Source: a virus (Duplodnaviria; Caudoviricetes). Taken from it: 45,532 bases of DNA. The first letter of the stretch is position 1. Each line of letters begins with the position of its first letter. A model generated the notes under the pieces. It was not told where the DNA came from, did no database searches, and was given only the letters and a program-made list of their open reading frames with translations. The stretch spans positions 1 to 45,532 of the IMG/VR virus record IMGVR_UViG_3300044455_000078; one strand, given 5' to 3'. Position numbers and translations under genes: made by a program. Positions 18,399 to 26,085 of this stretch are shown here, in pieces.

Positions 18399-18758
18399 TT
18401 ATTTAGCCAGCAACCTCTCTAGCCTATCAATTACTTCTGCATAGGTACTACGTACCTTGAGCTCATTTATACGCGTGAGGATAAACTTTTTCTTTGCAGC
18501 TAAAGTTATAAAGAATCTATTGCCAGCAATACTATTACACTTTGTACAACAAGGTACGAGTTTAAGCAACTCAGACGGAAAGTTGAAGTAAGGCAGCAAT
18601 TTTGCTAAAGACTGTGGTAGGACATGATCAAATGCTTTTGCAGGCGCCAGGCAATAGAAGCACTTAGATATATCTACTAATGCATAGGTGTACTTGTGAA
18701 TATTACTTACGCGCGGGGCCGAGGGGGAAAATTTAGTGAATAAATTACGTAGAAGCAT
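18399..18758 (-). CDS. HNH endonuclease
   Basis: CFYC...FDHVLP...LVPCCTKCN; TAAGGAG Shine-Dalgarno; has its own promoter. Confidence 0.85.
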   Translation of the reverse strand: MLLRNLFTKFSPSAPRVSNIHKYTYALVDISKCFYCLAPAKAFDHVLPQSLAKLLPYFNFPSELLKLVPCCTKCNSIAGNRFFITLAAKKKFILTRINELKVRSTYAEVIDRLERLLAK

Positions 18759-18930
18759 TTAGACAATACTCCTTACTAGTAAGTAGTCAGTAAATACTTG
18801 CATAGTCCTAGTCGAACGTTCAGACTGAACCGATCTATTTGAACCATTTAAGTAGACACTTGTAAGTAACAAGTAGTCACTGGATACTTTCAGGCCGGCC
18901 CGAACATAATTAAGCCTGAAATTTAGGTTA

Positions 18931-18959
18931 ATTATATCAGATTTCAGTGCAAATGTCAA
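18931..18959 (-). promoter_or_regulatory. Consensus promoter for the HNH gene
   Basis: Minus strand TTGACA-17 bp-TATAAT with TG extension. Confidence 0.75.
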
Positions 18960-19067
18960 GAAGAGAATATATGCTATAAGTATGTGTTGTGGTTAGAATT
19001 TAACCACACTTAATTTTGCAAGTTTATAGAAAAATCGTCATTTAGGAGTGAAATTAACTTAATTAGC

Positions 19068-19096
19068 TTGACACGTATGGTTTTTCATGTTATCAT
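19068..19096 (+). promoter_or_regulatory. Promoter overlapping the 8-bp repeat array
   Basis: TTGACA-17 bp-TATCAT with TG extension. Confidence 0.65.
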
Positions 19097-19365
19097 GTAT
19101 TCATGATTTCAGACATTCATGATCTCAGCGGTCTGGGCGATGTGTGCGCTAAGTAGCTAGCAGTTAGTGTTTACTATATACTTAAGCTCTCTATTCTTTC
19201 TCTTAAAAAAAAATATATAATAAAGAAGAAAGAGAATACGGAGTAAATAATAAGGAGTAAGTATTAAGGAGTAAGTATTAAGGAGTAAGTATTAAGGAGA
19301 TACTAACGACACAATGTTTTCTAAAAGCGCTGAATGTATGAAAGACTGAAATCCTGATATCCTGA
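19085..19365. repeat. Inverted 8-bp repeat arrays flanking an AT-rich core and 14-bp tandem repeats (origin candidate)
   Basis: Six TCA-initiated 8-mers at 19085-19132, five inverted ones at 19326-19365, and TAAGGAGTAAGTAT x3 plus two degenerate copies at 19237-19306. Confidence 0.8.
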
Positions 19366-19505
19366 GAAAAGCAAAGTAATAATGGATAGCTACAGATAAA
19401 AAGTAAAAACAAAGTACGCAAAATGAAAGGAGAATAGAGAAGCTAATGGAATAAAACTATACTAGAATTCCTAGTATAATATTTTGGTGATCAATAGAAC
19501 TTAGG

Positions 19506-20201
19506 ATGTATAGAATGGAAAAGAAGTCTGATGCAGTAGTATACACTACAATCGACAGAAAAACACTGGCAAAGATAGCAATACATATACAAGAGAATGG
19601 CAAGCATCTAAAAAGCATGAGTGAAATGCTACGTATAGTTGTAGATATATTTGAAAGCTGGATTGATAGGAATGGAGCTAAGCCTATAACCTCAACTCAC
19701 GAAGCTACAAATATACTACAGAACATGTTTAGAGCCTCATTGAATCCAGGCAATAGACTTAAGCATAAGTTATTAGAGAATCTACAAGAGGACGAGGCAA
19801 AGTGGTTGCCCGAGGCTGATGCATCTTCCGATGCTATTAAAGTTCCAGACCAGCAAATGTTAGCAGTAGCAATGGCTCATGCTAAAAAGCTAGGATTACA
19901 GATAGAAGAACCTAAGAGAATATTACCAGAGAATATAAAAGAAATGGTTGCAGCTAGTATTGCTCAGCAAAATGCTTCTACCAAAGCTGAGCAATTAACT
20001 TCACTCCAAATAGAAAGGAACAAAACAATAAATGCTATATTACAGCACTGGATTGAGCACTACAAAAGTAAAATAGCACAGTATAAAACTGATAAAGCAC
20101 AAGAACCATTTCAGAAAGGATTATTCAAGATAATAAAACTCGCAAAAGAGGCTGAAACGAGTGCTATTGCACTCAAGCAATTAGAAGAATGGAATGAGTA
20201 A
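19506..20201 (+). CDS. Hypothetical protein with possible N-terminal ribbon-helix-helix DNA-binding domain
   Basis: 231 aa; VVYTTIDRKTLAKI...SMSEMLRIVVD pattern; next to the repeat region. Confidence 0.6.
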   Translation: MYRMEKKSDAVVYTTIDRKTLAKIAIHIQENGKHLKSMSEMLRIVVDIFESWIDRNGAKPITSTHEATNILQNMFRASLNPGNRLKHKLLENLQEDEAKWLPEADASSDAIKVPDQQMLAVAMAHAKKLGLQIEEPKRILPENIKEMVAASIAQQNASTKAEQLTSLQIERNKTINAILQHWIEHYKSKIAQYKTDKAQEPFQKGLFKIIKLAKEAETSAIALKQLEEWNE

Positions 20202-20238
20202 TTAACATTACAAAATAATAAAGTAGAAAGGAAATAAA

Positions 20239-20430
20239 GTGGAATTTATGTACGCACTAAGTACTATACTAGTATTAATTATGCTATATAACTGTCGCAT
20301 AGACATACGCAAAAATCAACTATCATTAGAAAGGATAGAACAATCGGCAGAAAGAATAGCTCAAATGGCAACCGAAGTAAGTACTAAGACAGATGAAATA
20401 CTCAATAGGCAACCACGTACACAAAGATGA
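20239..20430 (+). CDS. Small TM + coiled-coil protein
   Basis: 63 aa, hydrophobic N-terminus, AAGGA Shine-Dalgarno. Confidence 0.6.
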   Translation: MEFMYALSTILVLIMLYNCRIDIRKNQLSLERIEQSAERIAQMATEVSTKTDEILNRQPRTQR

Positions 20431-20479
20431 TACGTGCAAAGTTACCGACCCCAAAATTTAAGCAAAAAGGAATAATCTA

Positions 20480-20575
20480 ATGAATCATAGCAATGACGAA
20501 AGGCTGCTGGACCTTCGTGCATTGCCAACTACGTTGGCTAAAGATATAGACCCTCGACTACAGGAGGTATGCTAA
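20480..20575 (+). CDS. 31-aa peptide sharing SNDERLLDLRAL with the next gene
   Basis: MNHSNDERLLDLRALPTTLAKDIDPRLQEVC after AAAGGA; synonymous divergence from the downstream copy. Confidence 0.6.
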   Translation: MNHSNDERLLDLRALPTTLAKDIDPRLQEVC

Positions 20576-20576
20576 C

Positions 20577-20837
20577 GTGGAACGAAGCAATGATGAACGC
20601 TTATTAGATTTACGTGCATTGGTGCGCAAGAGACTAGAACGTGATCTCATTCTACTAAGTGAAATAAGTGCAGAAAGGCCAGAATTAAGCCTACGTGATA
20701 TTTTAGAAGAAGTTCATCACGTATATGTACACTATTTAACTCAGAGTGCACTACTAGACTCAGCAGGAGCTGCAATTCATCGTGATGATAGAAAGCTAAC
20801 AGATGAGCTAAATAGACTACGTAGTATAGACTCGTAA
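20577..20837 (+). CDS. Hypothetical protein
   Basis: 86 aa, GTG start after AGGAGG. Confidence 0.7.
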   Translation: MERSNDERLLDLRALVRKRLERDLILLSEISAERPELSLRDILEEVHHVYVHYLTQSALLDSAGAAIHRDDRKLTDELNRLRSIDS

Positions 20838-20880
20838 TTAAATCACCGACAGCAAATTTAAGTGATAAAGGACTAGCTAA

Positions 20881-21063
20881 ATGTGCAGTCGTACATCACG
20901 AGTAGAAAAAGGAGAGAATAATTTAACACTGATAAGCACAAAGCCTAAAAAAGTGCTAACATTAGAGGAGCTACAGAGTCTACGACTCAATGAGCAAATT
21001 GAAATTGAGGAAGAAATATCTACGATATTAAGAGAGGAATTTATAAGACGTTATAAAAGATAA
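20881..21063 (+). CDS. Hypothetical protein (start uncertain)
   Basis: 60-aa ORF; an internal AAAGGAG suggests a possible later start. Confidence 0.45.
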   Translation: MCSRTSRVEKGENNLTLISTKPKKVLTLEELQSLRLNEQIEIEEEISTILREEFIRRYKR

Positions 21064-21092
21064 AGCAATTTGTATAGGTATATATTTAATTG

Positions 21093-21382
21093 AGTAAGGT
21101 CGGGCACTGAGTGAGTGCCCTCGAGCCTTTTACTGAAAGAAAGAACGTCGGAAACACCTAACCCGCCCTTCGACACAAAAGGGCTTTCAACAAGTGGTAA
21201 GAACCCTTTTACCTTGCCACTAAAGGTGAAACTTAACCGGCCTTGCTAGTGGGGGAACGATTAGCAGACGATATTCACCTAGATTATTAACGGATAATCA
21301 CTGTCGCTGCACCTTTACCGAACAGCGGTCACTAGCACCGAACAGTTTCAGCTCGGTCGTGCTACTCACAAGAATATGAGTG
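21093..21382. ncRNA. Multi-hairpin structured non-coding element E
   Basis: No credible ORF; about eight consecutive inverted repeats; abuts the palindrome at 21383. Confidence 0.5.
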
Positions 21383-21415
21383 TGGTTAAACTTTAACCAA
21401 AGCAGGAAACAGTTA

Positions 21416-21640
21416 GTGGAGCATAACCTCATTATACCACTATAGCTAACAGCGTCATTAATAGGCCTACAATGTGCTACTCTATTATTCATAGCACTTA
21501 TATGGTGGCGAGTGTTCTTAGTATTAAGTGAGAGTCGTGATTACTTCGAGAAGAATTTCAGTGATCAAACTGCTCGTACTCAAGTGATTATTGCACAGAA
21601 CAAAGAAATTCTACGTAAATTAGAGGAAGATAACGAGTAG
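21416..21640 (+). pseudogene. TM + coiled-coil ORF interrupted by an in-frame TAG at codon 10
   Basis: GTG after AGGA; MEHNLIIPL*LTASLIGLQCATLLFIALIWWRVF...; TAG at 21443-21445 could be a TGG>TAG change. Confidence 0.5.
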
Positions 21641-21742
21641 TGTAATAGGTAAAGTACCGCATCCTGCGGACTGCCCGCCATAAGCATTTTAACCATTTAC
21701 TAGCGCGGTCGCGTCTACGCGAAAATAAGCAAGGAGATTACC

Positions 21743-22078
21743 TTGGACCTAAATGAGTATCAAAAACTGGCTCACAAAACATCTGCTTTTGCCAACGATC
21801 TAAATAATCGCACTGCAAACATTACTATGGCAATGCTAGGCCTATGTGGAGAGGCAGGTGAAGTTGCTGATCACTTCAAGAAGTGGAAATTTCACGGGCA
21901 TGCAATAGACATGGATAAGCTTAGTAGTGAAATAGGTGATGTTATGTGGTACGTCGCAGAGCTATGCAGTGCACTTGATTTATCACTGGACGAAGTTGCC
22001 GCCAGCAATATTGCTAAACTAAAGTTACGTTATGGCGAGGCCTTCAGCAGTGAGAAGTCAATAAATAGGAGTGAATAG
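21743..22078 (+). CDS. mazG: MazG-like nucleotide pyrophosphohydrolase
   Basis: LNEYQ...LGLCGEAGEVAD..KK...SEIGDVMWYVAELC...NIAKLKLRY. Confidence 0.9.
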   Translation: MDLNEYQKLAHKTSAFANDLNNRTANITMAMLGLCGEAGEVADHFKKWKFHGHAIDMDKLSSEIGDVMWYVAELCSALDLSLDEVAASNIAKLKLRYGEAFSSEKSINRSE

Positions 22079-22119
22079 TTACTGTGGTTACATTTCATCC
22101 AAATAAGGAGCTAACACAA

Positions 22120-22278
22120 TTGTAGCCTAACGAACGTGACTCAATAATGCGCCAGCTCGTTGACATAGACGTATATCTACTTAGCATTACAGACGATTTG
22201 CGTACTATGATTAGGCAGCAAATAACGCTAATAGTTGATCAGCAAGCAATGGAAGTGTCTAGCACTTGCTACGGTTAA
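22120..22278 (+). pseudogene. Small ORF with TAG at codon 2, or a shorter ORF from a downstream ATG
   Basis: TAAGGAG then TTG TAG CCT AAC...; the frame stays open to a TAA inside the palindrome at 22272. Confidence 0.35.
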
Positions 22279-22288
22279 ATTTCATCCA

Positions 22289-22506
22289 AAGCAAGTACGA
22301 GATGCTTTATGTGGATGGTGCTAACGCACAGCGTTTTCTTTGTCCAGCAATTGTAGGCATCTTGTTAGGTGCCAATGCTGCTCATAGTCATAGCTTGAGG
22401 TTACACAGTGGGTTGTTCCAGTGAAGGTTCTTTAGTTCCCTTGAGTAGTCTCATGAACAACCCAGTTATGGGTTGTGAGTGGGGCTCACCAAGAGGCGGC
22501 ACGCCC
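22289..22506 (+). ncRNA. Conserved structured element, copy A
   Basis: Shares GRTGCTAA, AGCAAT, CTYATAGTCATAGC and TTCYCTTGAG blocks, with matching spacing, with copies B and C. Confidence 0.65.
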
Positions 22507-22555
22507 TTATATTAGAGTGTCTACTTATAATTGCACTATTAAAATGGAGTAATAA

Positions 22556-22762
22556 ATGTTATATCTACAAGTTGTAACCAACAATTTTGCCTGTCTAATA
22601 GAAGTTGATGAATATGGGTATATAAGAAAAGCAGCACCTTTACTAAAAATATTTGAGCAACAATATATACGTAATTTAATTCACTGGCTTCAGAACTCAT
22701 TTATTGAGGCTAAAATAATAGACCTATCTGATCAGCGCGTACTATATGAGAAATTTCTATAA
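22556..22762 (+). CDS. Hypothetical protein
   Basis: 68 aa, GGAG Shine-Dalgarno. Confidence 0.6.
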   Translation: MLYLQVVTNNFACLIEVDEYGYIRKAAPLLKIFEQQYIRNLIHWLQNSFIEAKIIDLSDQRVLYEKFL

Positions 22763-22781
22763 CTTAATCTTCGTCCAGGGC

Positions 22782-22810
22782 TTGACAAACGGTAGAAAGT
22801 GTGTTATAAT
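22782..22810 (+). promoter_or_regulatory. Consensus promoter
   Basis: TTGACA-17 bp-TATAAT with TG extension. Confidence 0.8.
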
Positions 22811-22992
22811 ATCTATAGTTGAAATCAGTTCTGCACTGAACGATTTAGATAAGGAGAATAAGTAATGTCTGCAGAGCGGCTCAAATGAGTATAAATGCTC
22901 TGAGTGTTTTATGCAACTTAAATTACTTGAACTTAATGATTAATACCGACTCCGTCGGACTGCCCGCGCGATAGTAGAAAGGAATTACCTTA

Positions 22993-23151
22993 ATGTCAGA
23001 CGGTCAAGTAATTAGCGAATGGCATCACTCTCACAACTGCTATATATGTAAGAAGCATCACGAATGTAGTTGGATGTTTTGTAAGGATCAAAAACAACGT
23101 AATTGTTCAGAGTGTATTAAGCACTTTCAAGAACAAACTAAAGGAGAATAA
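22993..23151 (+). CDS. Small Cys/His-rich zinc-finger protein (52 aa)
   Basis: HNCYICKKHHECSWMFC...NCSEC; AAAGGA Shine-Dalgarno. Confidence 0.6.
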   Translation: MSDGQVISEWHHSHNCYICKKHHECSWMFCKDQKQRNCSECIKHFQEQTKGE

Positions 23152-23153
23152 GA

Positions 23154-23531
23154 ATGGAATGTCCACACTGTAATCAAGAACTTATTCTACGTGGTGATTT
23201 TTCTGAGGAATGTATTGGGCTAGATGGTTGTTCTATTGTAGATGGGAATATCATATTCGAGATTTCCTGTGAGTCTTGCCTAACTACTATTGGAGAACAA
23301 GAGTTACAAATTGCTCTTGATGTAAGTAGCTTTACTGATGAGCACGAAGAGCATGAAGTATCAGTTGATATAGTAAATGAAACATTCCTAACTACTGTAA
23401 CTCCGAAAGGTACTTTTATTGGTGCATCTGCAACTGTACGCTTAAATTGTTCGTGTGGTGAAGCCACTAATTTTGAGTGGTCAGATGAAGAGCGTCAGAA
23501 TGAGTTAATAGATCGCCTGATGTTAGACTAA
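23154..23531 (+). CDS. Acidic zinc-binding protein
   Basis: 125 aa; CPHC, CESC and CSCG motifs; very Glu/Asp-rich. Confidence 0.7.
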   Translation: MECPHCNQELILRGDFSEECIGLDGCSIVDGNIIFEISCESCLTTIGEQELQIALDVSSFTDEHEEHEVSVDIVNETFLTTVTPKGTFIGASATVRLNCSCGEATNFEWSDEERQNELIDRLMLD

Positions 23532-23609
23532 CATTTATGTTCGGGCCGCGCGGTAGTAGCAAATATTACTGCCGGCTCGACTTAATCTTTATTCTAAGTG
23601 AATAAGGAC

Positions 23610-23638
23610 TTGACATTGTAACCAAAGTATGTTATAAT
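23610..23638 (+). promoter_or_regulatory. Consensus promoter
   Basis: TTGACA-17 bp-TATAAT with TG extension. Confidence 0.8.
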
Positions 23639-23643
23639 TACTC

Positions 23644-24084
23644 ATGATTGTGGATAGGCCAAACTTAAAGGATTTTCTGATGACGCCAGAACAAAAAGCA
23701 GAAATGCTTGCCATGCTAAAACAATTGAGTCCTGCGGATCAGCGCGTAATAAAGTACGAAGCTAACGGAGGACACAGGTGTGAATCAAGTACTAATTTAG
23801 TTACTTGCTGTGAAGCAGTACACTGCCAAGCATGTTATGTGCTACATTTGAAGCAGGTCCATAGCAACGCTATGTTGTACGCCTATCAGAAATTCGTGAA
23901 TGCACGGTCCTTAACATGGCAATCTAAAGAATACAAGCTTCCACTAAAAGATAAGGTTGCAAGAACTTTCACACAACGTGCAAAGAACGAGCATTTTGAC
24001 GACCCTACAAGTATCACGGATGCAATAAGTGATGATAATCTCGAATCAATATTAGAAATGTTGAAGCGGAAATTAGGCAGGTAA
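23644..24084 (+). CDS. Zinc-finger protein (paralogue 1)
   Basis: CCEAVHCQACYVLHLKQVH motif. Confidence 0.7.
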   Translation: MIVDRPNLKDFLMTPEQKAEMLAMLKQLSPADQRVIKYEANGGHRCESSTNLVTCCEAVHCQACYVLHLKQVHSNAMLYAYQKFVNARSLTWQSKEYKLPLKDKVARTFTQRAKNEHFDDPTSITDAISDDNLESILEMLKRKLGR

Positions 24085-24087
24085 GTT

Positions 24088-24420
24088 ATGGAACTACTGC
24101 CATTAGCTAGCAATCATGTATGCTTTGTACATGAGGTATTTATGCACTGTGGCAAATTGTTCTGTCGAACATGCTACGGTTTACACGTATACAATGAGCA
24201 TAATATACTCGCCGATTATGAGACGTGGGAAAGTAAACTCATAACTATTAGCGAGTGGCTGATTCGCTTTGAGCAAGCTGCTCTGGAAAGACTTCGTATA
24301 GAAAGAAAGCGTCATTGGCCTAGTATACAAGAAACTGTTGATTCTATGAGTGATAAACAGCTCATGGAATTAGCTGAGTGTATTGGCTCAAAGTTTCAAA
24401 GTGACGTATTTTTGACTTGA
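24088..24420 (+). CDS. Zinc-finger protein (paralogue 2)
   Basis: HCGKLFCRTCYGLHVYNEH motif. Confidence 0.7.
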   Translation: MELLPLASNHVCFVHEVFMHCGKLFCRTCYGLHVYNEHNILADYETWESKLITISEWLIRFEQAALERLRIERKRHWPSIQETVDSMSDKQLMELAECIGSKFQSDVFLT

Positions 24421-24445
24421 CAAGTGTATTGAAACGTGTTATAAT
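24417..24445 (+). promoter_or_regulatory. Consensus promoter
   Basis: TTGACA-17 bp-TATAAT with TG extension. Confidence 0.8.
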
Positions 24446-24549
24446 ATCTATAATGAAAGGAGGGCTAAACAATAAACTCAATTCCTGAAAGGTGCGAGAA
24501 GAACTCATTACTTTAACTTGTATGCGACATAGTCGCGGAAGGTAACTCA

Positions 24550-25098
24550 ATGAAACCAGAAGCAATTAGTGTAAAGACCCAGGGCAAGCCTGAGATGGAA
24601 TTCACCTATAATTTCTCTGAGACTTTGCCTGAGGCAATTGAGATGTATGGTCCAGAAAATACACATGAGCTGTTTAAGCGTGCACTTACAATTGCTGCTC
24701 AGGCAAATGCGCGTAAGATGCTAGCTGCTGGATTGACCGCTGAGCGTATTCAGAATGATATGAGTCAGTGGAAACCTGGCGTGTCAGTGCGATTGACTTC
24801 TTCTATAAAGACCGTTGATCCTGTTAAGGTTATCAGTGAGAACTTTGATGATTGGACTCCAGAACGCCAGGAAGAAATTCTGCGGCTCATTCAAGAGCGC
24901 TTTGCAAAACGCGGCACGACACCTGCTGAATCACCTGCTGTTAATGGCAGTGAAGGTGAGCCCGAGCCGACAGCAGAAGAAATTGCTACTATCACTGAAG
25001 GCGTGAATGGTGATCCGAGTGTGGTAACAGAAGTTCCTGCTGAGCCTCAGCCTACTGAGTACGATCCAGCAGCTGGACGCAGCCGGCGTAATCGTTAG
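24550..25098 (+). CDS. Hypothetical protein with an acidic, Pro-rich tail
   Basis: 182-aa ORF downstream of the promoter. Confidence 0.75.
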   Translation: MKPEAISVKTQGKPEMEFTYNFSETLPEAIEMYGPENTHELFKRALTIAAQANARKMLAAGLTAERIQNDMSQWKPGVSVRLTSSIKTVDPVKVISENFDDWTPERQEEILRLIQERFAKRGTTPAESPAVNGSEGEPEPTAEEIATITEGVNGDPSVVTEVPAEPQPTEYDPAAGRSRRNR

Positions 25099-25135
25099 GA
25101 GTTATTTCTCCTGCGGTTAAATGTTAACCAAAGTA

Positions 25136-25162
25136 AGGGCTGGTGCTATAATTGCCAGCCCT
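25136..25162 (+). terminator. GC-rich hairpin (possible terminator or processing signal)
   Basis: AGGGCTGG...CCAGCCCT directly after the palindrome at 25114; no clear U-tract. Confidence 0.35.
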
Positions 25163-25173
25163 ATAGGAATTGA

Positions 25174-25356
25174 GTGTTGCAACGCGTATTAGATGTTTTT
25201 CAGTTGCTAATTTATCTATCTATGATAGCAGTTTTATTCTGGGTAGGAAGCGTTACAGTTGCTACTATGAATGATATAAGGAGTGATCTAAAGCAAGGTC
25301 AAATTAAGCATGATCAAATGCTTCGTGATCACCGTAAGTTTATGGAGAAGTACTAA
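25174..25356 (+). CDS. Small TM + coiled-coil protein
   Basis: 60 aa with a hydrophobic helix; stop overlaps the next ATG. Confidence 0.6.
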   Translation: MLQRVLDVFQLLIYLSMIAVLFWVGSVTVATMNDIRSDLKQGQIKHDQMLRDHRKFMEKY

Positions 25357-25715
25357 TGGCGCAATACAAACTCATTTATATAGCTGGACCCTACTCGTCA
25401 GATGACAGCAAGCAGAAACGTGCTAATATAGAAGCCGCAATAAATGCAGCAATTTGGTGTGCACGTAATAAAATTTACTATTTCTGTCCTCATATAAATA
25501 GCGCGTATTTTGACGACTTGGCGCCGGATATTCCTACCGAGTTCTTTTGTGAGATGGATTTGCATATAGCACGATTCTGTAGTGCATTAGTCATGCTTCC
25601 TAATTGGGAGCAAAGTAAAGGAGCAACGAAAGAGTATCATTATTTTACTCGTGCTAACAAGCCCGTATTCTACTATCTAAACGAGAAAGAACTTCTACTC
25701 AAATATTACCACTAA
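25356..25715 (+). CDS. DUF4406 / nucleoside 2-deoxyribosyltransferase-like protein
   Basis: IYIAGPYS...CPH...LPNWEQSKGATKE signature. Confidence 0.8.
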   Translation: MAQYKLIYIAGPYSSDDSKQKRANIEAAINAAIWCARNKIYYFCPHINSAYFDDLAPDIPTEFFCEMDLHIARFCSALVMLPNWEQSKGATKEYHYFTRANKPVFYYLNEKELLLKYYH

Positions 25716-25725
25716 AGGAAAACAA

Positions 25726-26085
25726 GTGAACGAGAAACGTAAGGTTTTTGTAGTAGCAAAAGGCTACCACGATTTTTCAGCGGCTGAACAGCATGGTGAA
25801 TTAGTATTTTTATCAACTGAAATAGTGAATCGTACCGCTGTCAGTAATATGCTACGAGAGTTTTTTCCTAGGATGGAAGGGAGCAATCCTGAGGATTATA
25901 TAGTAATAACAGGACTCTCGGTGATGTGCTCAATAGCATGCGTGATATTCGCACTCAAGCACAAACGCTTAAATCTGTTGCTGTTTGATGCGGCAGGAGA
26001 TAAATACGTAAAGCGTTCCGTGATACTAGACTCAATAGAACAAGTGGAAAGAGAATTAGATGAAGCTGCTAGACTTACTACCTGA
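25726..26085 (+). CDS. Conserved phage protein (alpha/beta fold)
   Basis: HDFSAAEQHGELVFL...DYIVITG pattern; 119 aa. Confidence 0.7.
   Translation: MNEKRKVFVVAKGYHDFSAAEQHGELVFLSTEIVNRTAVSNMLREFFPRMEGSNPEDYIVITGLSVMCSIACVIFALKHKRLNLLLFDAAGDKYVKRSVILDSIEQVERELDEAARLTT

Noticed and set aside
18781-18889. TIGR-like guide array beside the HNH gene
   Set aside because: Only two full repeats with 90-nt spacing, and the 119-aa HNH has no room for a Nop domain.
19237-19306. CRISPR array
   Set aside because: Units are 14-bp head-to-tail repeats with no spacers.
21416-22278. Genome-wide TAG recoding (genetic code 15)
   Set aside because: Several long genes (polymerase, RCC1 protein, 298-aa protein) end in TAG close to the next gene, core genes are unbroken in code 11, and no suppressor tRNA was seen.
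22381-22450. Purine riboswitch or group I intron assignment for elements A-C
   Set aside because: Only superficial similarity (ACTCATA start, ATAGTC); the riboswitch junction nucleotides and the P/Q/R/S order of group I introns are absent.
22516-22528. 12-nt match (AGTGTCTACTTA) between the tail of element A and the HNH leader
   Set aside because: Too short to separate from chance given the number of comparisons made.
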